Below are positions 29,955-38,620 of a DNA stretch of 64,000 bases, in pieces. The notes below the pieces were generated by a model, which had not been told where the DNA came from, ran no database searches, and worked only from the letters and a program-made list of their open reading frames with translations. Numbering within the stretch: the stretch's first letter is position 1; each line of letters starts with the position of its first letter. The translations under genes and the position numbers were made by a program. Origin of the DNA: an uncultured Gemmatimonadaceae bacterium (lineage in GTDB: Bacteria > Gemmatimonadota > Gemmatimonadetes > Gemmatimonadales > Gemmatimonadaceae); assembly GCA_963817955.1 (NCBI GenBank), contig CAWFQK010000002.1, forward strand, positions 864,001 to 928,000. Direction: 5' to 3'.

Positions 29955-30494
29955 CTACAGCCTCAATGTGAGACGGCGCTTCCCTGGGGTCGTCGGATCC
30001 AAGCGACGAAATCCGAAGTCGAGACGCTCGTACCACGCGAGGAGCTTGTCGTTCTTCGGATCGACGGCGAGGAAGGCCCCGCCTGTTTCGTCGCGAGCCT
30101 GCGTCGCGATCTTGATGGCGGCGGCGACCAGGAGCGACCCAAGTTCTTGACCCTGGAGGTGCGATGCCACACCGAGCCTTCCGAGCAGGTAGCCCCCGAC
30201 GGCGCGATATGGGACAGATTGCAGACCGAGCTGGCTGAGAACGGCCGGAGTTACCGGCACCGAAAGCGGCGACAGCGTGAAATATCCGGCGACCTGTGCG
30301 CCGGGATCACTCGCCTGAGAGTCGATCGCGATCCACACGCTGCTGAGACCAGCGGACTGCTCCGGGAGCGCACTGGATCTCAGGTAGTCGTCGATTTCCT
30401 GCGCGCCGGGATGATCGCCGCTGCTGAACTGTTGAACTTCGTGGTGCGCTGCGAGCTGGACGAGCGGGAAGCGCGGTCCAGAGTGAGAAGACAT
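29955..30494 (-). CDS. GNAT acetyltransferase toxin (AtaT/TacT-like)
   Basis: FSSG..EIDDYL, VAGYFTLS, LLGRLGVASHLQGQELG, VDPKN...WYERLDF. Confidence 0.85.
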   Translation of the reverse strand: MSSHSGPRFPLVQLAAHHEVQQFSSGDHPGAQEIDDYLRSSALPEQSAGLSSVWIAIDSQASDPGAQVAGYFTLSPLSVPVTPAVLSQLGLQSVPYRAVGGYLLGRLGVASHLQGQELGSLLVAAAIKIATQARDETGGAFLAVDPKNDKLLAWYERLDFGFRRLDPTTPGKRRLTLRL

Positions 30495-30521
30495 CGTCGA
30501 TTGCGTATCCGGCCAACCGGA

Positions 30522-30824
30522 TCAGATGCCGAACAGGGACTCGGCGCGCCGGGTCGCCGCTTGCAGCGCGGCGGTCGTGGGCACCGGAGCAGCGAGGATG
30601 CGCAGCAACTCGGCCTGCTCGGTGGCGGTGAGTCGCCATTCTTGCGTGCTGCCGATCTCGTTGGCAACTCGCTCGGCGAGCACCTCGACCACGTATTCCG
30701 ACAACGACTCCCCTCGGGACTTGGCGACGGTTTCGGCGTGTCGCTTCAGGACCTTCGGAAGCCGAGTCTCGAGCCGATCGTCCGCTGGCAAATCGAGATA
30801 AGCCTGAGCCGCGTTGGCTGGCAT
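30522..30824 (-). CDS. DUF1778 (RHH) antitoxin
   Basis: DRLETRL..GESLSEYV..WRLT..LLRILAAP; directly upstream of the GNAT gene. Confidence 0.85.
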   Translation of the reverse strand: MPANAAQAYLDLPADDRLETRLPKVLKRHAETVAKSRGESLSEYVVEVLAERVANEIGSTQEWRLTATEQAELLRILAAPVPTTAALQAATRRAESLFGI

Positions 30825-30937
30825 CGTAAACTCCTGCGAAAACCACGTACGGACAATGTACTACACTGTGTCTGTGCCGGCAAGCCTGGGACCGCTATCG
30901 CACACCCAGCTCGACACGACGTGGTTTCATCATCGGG

Positions 30938-31455
30938 ATCGCAAGTCTTCCGAAATCGCGGCGAACTGCTCCAACGCAGCTTCGAGATCAGCGGCGATAT
31001 CGGCCGCAATGACCTCGGGCGCCGGCAGGTTGGAGGATTCCTCCAGCGCTTCGTCCTTCAACCAGAAGATGTCCAGGTTGAGCTTGTCGCGCTTTGCGAG
31101 TTCCTCGTACGTGAAGCACTTGAAGCGCTCGCTCTCCTTCCGGCTGTTTCTGTTCTTCCGATTGTAGCACGCCGCGAAATCAACGAGGTCGCTCGGTTTG
31201 AGCGTGTTCTCCTTGAGCGTGAAGTGCATGTTGGTGCGCAGGTCGTAGATCCAGAGCTTCTGCGTCCACGGCTTTTCCTGCGCCGGCTTGCGGTCGAAGA
31301 AGAGCACGTTCGCCTTCACACCCTGGGCGTAGAAGATCCCGGTGGGGAGACGCAGCAGGGTGTGCACGTCCGCCTGCTTGAGCAGCTCTCGGCGAACGGT
31401 TTCGCCGGCGCCACCTTCGAACAGCACGTTGTCAGGCAGCACGACGGCCGCGCGA
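30938..31455 (-). pseudogene. hsdM: Type I R-M hsdM C-terminal fragment
   Basis: Near-identical DNA to ~50714-51231 (RAAVVLPDNVLF...AISEDLR). Confidence 0.92.
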
Positions 31456-31727
31456 ATCGCCACTCCCAAGTATTGCACCGGCGATCCGGCAATCCACGGT
31501 GCGGCAATCTGAGCCGTCTGCGCACCAGGCTTCGATCCGAGAACCCAATATACCTGGGCATACCCTTGGCCGTCCGTCACCATCGGGTTTCCGGCCGCGG
31601 CCGATGCCGACGTCTGGCCCACTACGAAGCGGCCTCCATCCGGCGTGCTGAAATAGACACTGATCCCTGGCTCGGCGGCGCTTGTGATGGGGTCGATGAC
31701 CAGTACCCGGCCAAAGGCTGACGTCAA
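31456..31727 (-). pseudogene. Ig-like (Big_1-type) domain fragment fused in frame to the hsdM relic
   Basis: VTDGQGYAQVYWVLGSKPGAQTAQI..GSPVQY. Confidence 0.6.
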
Positions 31728-31734
31728 CCTTCAT

Positions 31735-31776
31735 TATATAGATCCAGAATGTCGATATATAGATCCAGAATGTCGA
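31735..31776. repeat. Perfect 21-bp tandem duplication TATATAGATCCAGAATGTCGA x2
   Basis: Read directly. Confidence 0.95.
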
Positions 31777-31794
31777 TCCAGAGAGCGCTGATCG

Positions 31795-34278
31795 TCACCG
31801 ACTCGTTCCGACGCACGCTCCTGCGGTCGTCAGCCCCACCGATGCGCGCAGTACGATGAGCGCATCGGCCGCGTCAACCCGGCCGTCACAGTTGGCGTCT
31901 CCGTGCGGCATGATCGTGAGTCCGGACGGCATCTGCATTCCGACCAGCGCTTGCTGCACCAACAGCGCGTCGAACGCGTTCACCGCGCCGTCGCGGTTGA
32001 CGTCGCCCCGTAGTACCGCCGACGGGTTTGCCAGCGAATACTTGAAGAGGCCGCGCCCATAGGTCGCGGCCACCAGTTGCTTGCTGGTCGGGTTGTACGA
32101 CAAGTCGTTCACGACGACGTTGGGAAGTCCAGAAGGCGAATTGGTCCATGTCAAGCCGGCATCCGTGGTCTCGAACACCCCGACGTCGGTGCCGATGAAG
32201 AAATGGTTCGTCCCGTCGTCGACCATCACCGCCGCGTTCACCGGCATGTCGAGCAGGTTCCCGCTGACGTTCGTCCAGCTTTGACCGGCATTGGTGGTGA
32301 GAAACACGTGTGAACCGAGCCCCCCGCTCAGCGTCACCAGCGCCCGCGCCGGATTCGCGCGGTGGATTGCGAAATCAGTGATCGCATAATTCGGGAGTCC
32401 CGACGTGCTCAGCGTCCACGTGGTGCCGCCGTCACGCGACACCTGGACGTTTCCATCCATCGTGCCGACGTAAATCGTCTGCGGATCCGATTGTGCGACC
32501 GCGATCGCCATGATGGGCCCGTACCCCTTCGTCAGATCATTCGAAATTGCAGTCCACAGCGCACCGTCGTTGACGGTGCGGTACAGTTTCATCGTGCCGA
32601 AATAGAGCGTGGTGGGCGTCACCGGGTCCATCACGAGGGGCGGGATGAACATTGCGCGATCAGTGCCGTCGATGCCGGTCGTGACATTGAAGGACGAGAA
32701 ACTCGTGCCGACCTGAACACGACGCTGGATGCACGGGCCCGGCAGCCACTGGCAGGTAAACCAAATTGTCCCCGGCGACGAGTAGTTGATCGCGGCAAAT
32801 CCACCGTCGCCGCCCATGACGGAGTTGAAGAGCTGAGTCCCGTTCGACAACAGCGTGCCGTTGTCCTGGAGGCCTCCGAGTACGATGGTCGGATCTGTCG
32901 GGTGTTGCGAGATGCCGGGGTAGTACATCGAGATGGCGAGCCCCGAATTACGACTCGTCCAGCTGTCGCCGCCGTCCGTGGAGGAGAACACGCCGCCGTC
33001 CGTGCCGGCGTAGAGCAGGCGCGGGTTGCGCGGGTCAATCACGAGGGCGTGCCAGTCGCAGTGAATCTCTGTACCCATCGGGGCGAACGTTGCGCCGCCG
33101 TCTGTGCTCCGGAATGCTCGCACGCCCGCGATATAAATGCGGCTCGCGTTTGTTGGATCGACAGCGATCGCGAGGTCATATGTGGCCTGAAGGCCGAACC
33201 ACGTGCGCCCACTGAAGCCGATTCCTGCCGCCGCCAGCGCCGTGAGTCTGTTGGTATCGTCATCCCACCTGATGACCGACTGAAAGGCCGAGTTCTGACC
33301 GCCGGCAAGGATCCACACCGAGTTCGGCTGCGCGGCCGACACCGCGAGCTGCATTCGTCCGGTATTCGTAAAGTCGATGGCACCACTCGAAAGCTGCGTC
33401 CACGTTGCGCCGTTGTCCGAAGAGCGATACAGTCCGCTGCGCCCCGAATAGTCCACCAGGCCGGCGAATACGACACCGCGGCGACCCGGGAGCGCCACGA
33501 TCGACTTCACGCAGCCGAAGGCCAGCGTGCTCGTCCAGCTGATGCCGCTATTGGTGGACCGATAGATGCCGTTGCCGGTGCGGGTGAACATCAGCGTCGT
33601 GCCCGTCGCGCTCCCAGCCGATGCCGGATCGATGAAGAAGTCGTCGATGTATCCGCCATTGTACGGGCCGATGCTCAAGCCGCCGTTCCAGTTGGCCCAG
33701 CTCGAGCCGCCGTCGGTGGACCGGAACAGCGCGCACCCCGCGGCACTACTCGCACGCGACGCTGCCGCATACATGATGCTCGGGTTCACCGGGTCGACCT
33801 TCACCGTGGACATCTGCAGCGAGCATTGCGTGTCGAAGAGCGGATTCCAGCTCGCCCCGTCAGTCGTGGTGCCCCAGATGCCGCCATTGGGCGATGCAAT
33901 GAACATTGTGCCGGTGGCAGTCGGGTGCAGCGCGATCGCATCAACGCGCCCTGCATCCACCTGCGGTTGGGAATCCCAATAGCCAACCCCAAAGAACCCG
34001 TCAGGACCCATCGGAATCCAGCTACCGCCCGGGATGTTTACGGCCGACAATAAGCTGCTGAATCCGGAACGGGCCATGAGTGCCTGCCGCGCGCGAGCAA
34101 TCAACTCCCAGTTCACTTCTCGATTGGGATACGCGCGCTGTTCCTCAAACCAGGCTTGGCGCCTCAGCTGGAACTCGGCGCCTTCGTACCCATTTTGCGC
34201 CGACAACCTGGTGACCGCCGCCATCGCGCAAACAACACCGAGCGCGAATCTAGGGGCTACTGTCCTGAACCGAATCAT
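31795..34278 (-). CDS. Secreted BNR/Asp-box beta-propeller protein (VPS10/GH74-like) with C-terminal dockerin
   Basis: Signal peptide; many S/TxDGGxS/TW Asp boxes; GDVNRDGAVNAFD...GDANCDGRVDAAD duplicated Ca-binding loops. Confidence 0.85.
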   Translation of the reverse strand: MIRFRTVAPRFALGVVCAMAAVTRLSAQNGYEGAEFQLRRQAWFEEQRAYPNREVNWELIARARQALMARSGFSSLLSAVNIPGGSWIPMGPDGFFGVGYWDSQPQVDAGRVDAIALHPTATGTMFIASPNGGIWGTTTDGASWNPLFDTQCSLQMSTVKVDPVNPSIMYAAASRASSAAGCALFRSTDGGSSWANWNGGLSIGPYNGGYIDDFFIDPASAGSATGTTLMFTRTGNGIYRSTNSGISWTSTLAFGCVKSIVALPGRRGVVFAGLVDYSGRSGLYRSSDNGATWTQLSSGAIDFTNTGRMQLAVSAAQPNSVWILAGGQNSAFQSVIRWDDDTNRLTALAAAGIGFSGRTWFGLQATYDLAIAVDPTNASRIYIAGVRAFRSTDGGATFAPMGTEIHCDWHALVIDPRNPRLLYAGTDGGVFSSTDGGDSWTSRNSGLAISMYYPGISQHPTDPTIVLGGLQDNGTLLSNGTQLFNSVMGGDGGFAAINYSSPGTIWFTCQWLPGPCIQRRVQVGTSFSSFNVTTGIDGTDRAMFIPPLVMDPVTPTTLYFGTMKLYRTVNDGALWTAISNDLTKGYGPIMAIAVAQSDPQTIYVGTMDGNVQVSRDGGTTWTLSTSGLPNYAITDFAIHRANPARALVTLSGGLGSHVFLTTNAGQSWTNVSGNLLDMPVNAAVMVDDGTNHFFIGTDVGVFETTDAGLTWTNSPSGLPNVVVNDLSYNPTSKQLVAATYGRGLFKYSLANPSAVLRGDVNRDGAVNAFDALLVQQALVGMQMPSGLTIMPHGDANCDGRVDAADALIVLRASVGLTTAGACVGTSR

Positions 34279-34300
34279 GGACGCACCCTGAGCATGGGGC

Positions 34301-34798
34301 TCATGGGAACAGCCGCGGTGCCGGTGATCTCTGCACGCTCGCGTGCGTGTCTGCACGCGTCAGCTCGTGAATTTCTTCGAGGTCGAATCGTACGCCCTGC
34401 AGCGCTGCCGCATTCTTCACGGTGAATCGAAACTTGGCGAGCGCGGCGATCTCGACCCCAGCGGCCGACGCACCCGCAAACCGTATCTCACCCACGCCAG
34501 GGTTCGAGGCGCGCAGCGTGCCATCACTGAGCACGACTTCGTCGTCGTACGCGAGTCCCGCCGGATCGAAGTGGAGTCTCCCGGTGAAGCTCCCGATCTT
34601 ACCCACATCGCCCTGCACATCGAGTGCGAGAGTGATGACGGCGCTCGTTCCGCTCGACGTCACGTCGATGCGAGGCGTGATGGAACGCGACGCCGGTTGA
34701 TCTACCGTCGGCACGACGCTGCGGTATTCATGGCACCCGCTCGCGGCGATCGCCAACGCAATGGCTACGCACGGGAGAAGACGAATCGACGATTTCAC
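34301..34798 (-). CDS. Lipoprotein consisting of one cohesin-like domain
   Basis: Lipobox ASGC; IGSFTGRLHFDPAGLAY, GEIRFAGASAAG, LAKFRFTVK cohesin pattern. Confidence 0.7.
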   Translation of the reverse strand: MKSSIRLLPCVAIALAIAASGCHEYRSVVPTVDQPASRSITPRIDVTSSGTSAVITLALDVQGDVGKIGSFTGRLHFDPAGLAYDDEVVLSDGTLRASNPGVGEIRFAGASAAGVEIAALAKFRFTVKNAAALQGVRFDLEEIHELTRADTHASVQRSPAPRLFP

Positions 34799-37020
34799 GG
34801 AACGATGACCGGGTATTGAGTGAAGGTCGCGCTGGGAAGGAGATTGGAAAAATCCGGTCCGAGCAGTTCGGTTGCATTCAAGAAGATTCCGGTAGTGCCG
34901 GGGCTTTTTACGATGAAGCGCAACACCGCCAGCTGTACGATGCCGGTCACGCCCGCTGCCGATTCGCCGTTGATCCGAATGACATTCAAGGTCTGGTCGA
35001 TCGTTGTGACAGGCGCCATCGGGCTGCCGGTGGTGCTGATGTCGAGGAACTCCAAGGCGTTGAAATACGTGTCTGTCGATCCAGTGTAGACCGGCCAGGC
35101 CACGGTCGCAGTCACCGCACCGAGGGTCGCACCGCGCGTGTCCACCTGTACGCGGGCGGTGACCGTATCGCCGATGCGGAAGGCGAACCTGGTGAGGTCC
35201 GTGCGCAGGATCGGCCCAGAACTGCGCGGCACGATGATCAGCACCGAGTCGGAATTACTCAGAGTGCTCGTCGCCGCGACCCACGCCTGTCCTGGTGCGA
35301 CGGCCGTTATGCGACCTGCGCCGTCGACTGATGCGATGGCGGGGCTCCGCGCGACGAAGGTGATCGTCGGGTCGGTGGTCAGGACGATGCCGGTGCCTCC
35401 TGCGGCTGTGACCAAAGCCGGCGTGATTGCAGAACCGATGGCGACGATGCTGACCTTGTTCGCCGTGGTGCCGAATGTGTTGATGGTCGCCGGGTACACC
35501 ACCGTTGTCGTCCTCAACGGCTGGCCAAGCTGCCGGCTGGGGACGTAGAAGGAGAACGTTTGCCCAGCGGTGTAATTGAAGACCTCCAACTGGTTGAACA
35601 GTGTGCCGGTAGTTGACGGTGCAGGAGCCGACCACGCATACCTGACCCTCGTCGGGCTTGGGTTTGTCGGCGTGCATTGTTGTGCGCGGGAGGCGCCATT
35701 CCCATCCGTCGCCCACGATGCAGTGCCGAAGTAGAAAATCGCGCATAACGGCGCCGAGAGCACCTGGCTCGGATCCGTGAGCGTCAGATCAATCGGCACC
35801 GCCCTGTCCACGAACACCGTATCAGGTATCGTGACCACGGCAGAGAGCGCAGTCGCGGCAATCGACTGCGGCGTCACGGAACCAAAGAACACGCTCACCC
35901 CTGATATACGCCCGCCGGAAGTAACCAGAGGCAAATTATCGGGATCTGTCGATGCCGAATCCGCCACCTCGAGCCGCATGCGATACCCTGATCCTGCCGA
36001 GAGCGGCACCAGCAGAGTGTCCACACGGCGGTTGTTTCCGGGGAACTTGGTCATCTGCGGCGAAGTGAGCGTCCCCGAGTCCACTACCACATACCATCGG
36101 CTCGCAGGCCGAGGCGACGTCACCGCAAGCCGCACACCTGAGGCTGAGGCTGGTGCGACCGTGATGACGCTCGCCCCAGTCACACCGCCCGCACTCGCCG
36201 TGATCGTGGCCGAGCCAACGGCGACCGCGGTCACCAAGCCAGTCGAACTCACCGTCGCCTTTGTCGCGTCCGACGTGGTCCAGCTGACGGTGCGGCCGGT
36301 GAGCGTATTGCCACTGGCATCCTTGAGCATGGCGGTCAGCTGCTGCGTGCCGCCTACGCCCACGGACAGCGCGGCCGGTGCCACCGCGACCGTCGCGACG
36401 GGAACCGGAAGAATGGTGACGGCGGACGGGCCCGCCATTCCTTCGCTCGTCGCCGTGATCGTGGCCGAGCCAACGGCGACCGCAGTCACCAAGCCAGTCG
36501 AGCTCACCGTCGCCTTTGTCGCGTCCGACGTGGTCCAGCTGACGGTGCGGTCGGTGAGCGTATTGCCACTGGCATCCTTGAGCGTGGCGGTCAGCTGCTG
36601 CGTGCCGCCTACGACCACCGACGGTGAGGCTGGTGCCACCGTGACCGTCGCGACCGGCACAGGAAGAACCGTAATGGATTGCTGTCCCTGCTTTCCACCA
36701 CTCGACGCGATGATCACCGTCTGGCCGGGTGCGACGCCCGTCACGACGCCTGCCGTCGTAATGGTTGCAACCGACGCTAAAGTTGTGGACCACGTGACTG
36801 CGCCAACGGCGATGGGCGCCCCGTTTTGATCCAGGCCGGCAGCCGTTGCAGACGCCGATTGCGCGACCTGAATCGTCGGCGCCGAGAGCGTGACTGTGAC
36901 GGTCGTGAGAACTCGTACGACGGGTGCGATCGGTTCCGTTGCACCGCTGCACGACAGCGTCGCGATTGCGAGGACGGCGAGCCCGGCTCGACCGAATGAC
37001 GATATTTGAGGACAGGGCAC
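34795..37020 (-). CDS. Lipoprotein scaffold: Big_2 Ig repeats + C-terminal cohesin-like domain
   Basis: Likely GTG start at 37020; lipobox TLSC; VSWTTSDATKATVSSTGLVTAVAVG repeats (255-bp DNA duplication at 36197/36452); GDTVTARVQV...IRINGESAAGVTGIVQLAVLRFIVK. Confidence 0.8.
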   Translation of the reverse strand: MPCPQISSFGRAGLAVLAIATLSCSGATEPIAPVVRVLTTVTVTLSAPTIQVAQSASATAAGLDQNGAPIAVGAVTWSTTLASVATITTAGVVTGVAPGQTVIIASSGGKQGQQSITVLPVPVATVTVAPASPSVVVGGTQQLTATLKDASGNTLTDRTVSWTTSDATKATVSSTGLVTAVAVGSATITATSEGMAGPSAVTILPVPVATVAVAPAALSVGVGGTQQLTAMLKDASGNTLTGRTVSWTTSDATKATVSSTGLVTAVAVGSATITASAGGVTGASVITVAPASASGVRLAVTSPRPASRWYVVVDSGTLTSPQMTKFPGNNRRVDTLLVPLSAGSGYRMRLEVADSASTDPDNLPLVTSGGRISGVSVFFGSVTPQSIAATALSAVVTIPDTVFVDRAVPIDLTLTDPSQVLSAPLCAIFYFGTASWATDGNGASRAQQCTPTNPSPTRVRYAWSAPAPSTTGTLFNQLEVFNYTAGQTFSFYVPSRQLGQPLRTTTVVYPATINTFGTTANKVSIVAIGSAITPALVTAAGGTGIVLTTDPTITFVARSPAIASVDGAGRITAVAPGQAWVAATSTLSNSDSVLIIVPRSSGPILRTDLTRFAFRIGDTVTARVQVDTRGATLGAVTATVAWPVYTGSTDTYFNALEFLDISTTGSPMAPVTTIDQTLNVIRINGESAAGVTGIVQLAVLRFIVKSPGTTGIFLNATELLGPDFSNLLPSATFTQYPVIVP

Positions 37021-37058
37021 TGCGACCCCTGTTAAGAGAGGAAGGTTCGATTCTAGCC

Positions 37059-37158
37059 GAGCTAATCTTAAGAGGAGTGGAAATAGACAGCGGGGCGGTG
37101 ACGCTTTCTCGGGTGAGACCAATCACTCACGGGAGAATCCCGGCAACGAAAAAGGAGC
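37059..37158 (+). mobile_element. IS256-family left-end relic (second copy)
   Basis: GAGCTAATCTTAAGAGGAGTGGAAATAGAC...GGGAGAATCCCGGCAACGAAAAAGGAGC aligns with the intact IS left end. Confidence 0.85.
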
Positions 37159-37166
37159 TAACGCGC

Positions 37167-37195
37167 TATCGGGGATCGAGGTTCAGCCCACCGCA
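37167..37195 (+). repeat. Junction repeat X, copy C (partial)
   Basis: TATCGGGGATCGAGGTTCAGCCCACCGCA. Confidence 0.8.
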
Positions 37196-37242
37196 CCAAT
37201 TCTATCTGCGCGGCCCGTGACTGAATTGGCGTCACTCCTTCG

Positions 37243-38620
37243 GAGCTCTTGTCAATTGGTGTGTAAATAGGCGTCAGGCGGCGATCCGTTCTCGAGTCGG
37301 GGTCATGGTGCAGATGCCGTCGTGAAACACGGCGCCATCGTACACGTCGGTGCAGCGGTGCGGGGCGTTCAGTTTGCGGAAATGTTGTTCGACGACGAGT
37401 AAGGTTTTCCAGATCAACGTTGTCGCATTGTCGACTTTCTTGAAACGCTTCGCCGCGGTCGTGCGGAGCCGCACCGCGGCAAACGGAGACTCGATCACGT
37501 TCGTCGTGCGCAGATGCTTCCAGTGCTCCTGCGGAAAGGCGTAGTACGCGACCAGGCGGTCCCAATCCCGCTCGAGGCACTCGACGGCTTTGGGCACCAC
37601 GCGACGGTACGTGCGGGCAAACGCGTCGCGCAGCCGCTCCGCCGCCCGCTGTGTCTCCGCCGCGGCGATCTGCTGGAGCTGCACGGTGACTTCGGCTTGG
37701 CGTTTCGTCGGCACCAGGTCGAGCACGTTCCGCAGCTTGTGATTCCAACACCGCTGCTCGGCACTCGTCGGATAGATTGCCGCGAGAGCGCCCCAGAGGC
37801 CGAGATGCCCATCGGCGATCGTGAGCTTGGGGGCGCAGAGCCCGCGCGCCTTCAGGTCGCGGAGCACGGCGGTCCAGCTCACCACCGATTCCCGCTCGCC
37901 ACTGGTCACCGCGAGGACGTGTTTCCGCCCCTCCGCGTCGGCGCCGATCAACACCAGGAGCGCCGCCTTGCTATGCTCAAGCCCCGCTTTCACATACACG
38001 CCGTCCGCCCAGAGATACACCAGCTTGAGGGCGCTCAGGTCGCGCCGCTGCCACACCGCATACTCCGCCTGCCACGTCGCCTTGAGGCGCACAAGCGAGC
38101 TCGCACTCAGCGGCGCCCCATCGCCCAACAGGCCGCGAAGCGCGAGTTCGAAATCCCCGAGCGCGAGGCCATGCAAATACAGCTCGGGCAACAGCGTGCT
38201 CAGTTCCTTGGTGCGCCGCTGAAAGAGCGGCAGCAGGCGGCTCACGAACAGCTCATCCAGGTCGCGCACCCGTGGCCGGCGCACCACGATGGTCCCATTC
38301 ATGAGCGCGAGGTTCCGAGGCTTCCCGTGCCCGTTGCGCGCTCCGGTCGGCGCATCCACCGCGCTACGACGCGCGGACTTCGGTCGCCCGAGCAGCTCGG
38401 TCACCTCCTCTTCCAACAGCTGCTGAATGAATCCTTGGACATGCATCCGGGCAAAGGATTCCAATGTGTCCCACGTCGCGCTTGACGTGGCTGGCTCAGC
38501 GTTCATCTTCTTCATGGGCGGTGGCTCCTTTTCGTTGCCGGGATTCTCCCGGGGGTGATGGACTCACCCGAGAAGGTGTCACCGCCTTCCGTCTATTTCC
38601 ACACCTTTTGACATTAGCTC
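37243..38620 (-). mobile_element. Intact IS256-family insertion sequence (1378 bp) with 8-bp TSD CTCCTTCG
   Basis: Imperfect terminal IRs GAGCTCTTGTCAATTGGTGTGTAAATA / TATTTCCACACCTTTTGACATTAGCTC; TSD at 37235-37242 and 38621-38628. Confidence 0.95.
37274..38515 (-). CDS. IS256-family (Mutator-type) DDE transposase
   Basis: YLWADG, IADG, QRCWNHK, RTTNVIES. Confidence 0.95.
   Translation of the reverse strand: MKKMNAEPATSSATWDTLESFARMHVQGFIQQLLEEEVTELLGRPKSARRSAVDAPTGARNGHGKPRNLALMNGTIVVRRPRVRDLDELFVSRLLPLFQRRTKELSTLLPELYLHGLALGDFELALRGLLGDGAPLSASSLVRLKATWQAEYAVWQRRDLSALKLVYLWADGVYVKAGLEHSKAALLVLIGADAEGRKHVLAVTSGERESVVSWTAVLRDLKARGLCAPKLTIADGHLGLWGALAAIYPTSAEQRCWNHKLRNVLDLVPTKRQAEVTVQLQQIAAAETQRAAERLRDAFARTYRRVVPKAVECLERDWDRLVAYYAFPQEHWKHLRTTNVIESPFAAVRLRTTAAKRFKKVDNATTLIWKTLLVVEQHFRKLNAPHRCTDVYDGAVFHDGICTMTPTRERIAA

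Noticed and set aside
32362..34053. Long + strand ORFs (also 4613-5725, 8429-9682, 11797-13107, 30147-31721, 55284-56426)
   Set aside because: Antisense shadows of well-supported genes in GC-rich DNA; no recognisable motifs
36197..36613. Near-identical repeats as a DGR template/variable pair
   Set aside because: In-frame Big_2 domain duplication; no reverse transcriptase; differences are not clearly adenine-specific
37043..37058. GGTTCGATTC T-loop-like motif
   Set aside because: Flanks do not pair into a T-stem; no cloverleaf
37021..37122. N-terminal extension MVSPEKAS... of the Ig scaffold (similar MVSPEKGS at 29808)
   Set aside because: Mostly translates the IS256 end relic; the lipoprotein signal fits a start at 37020
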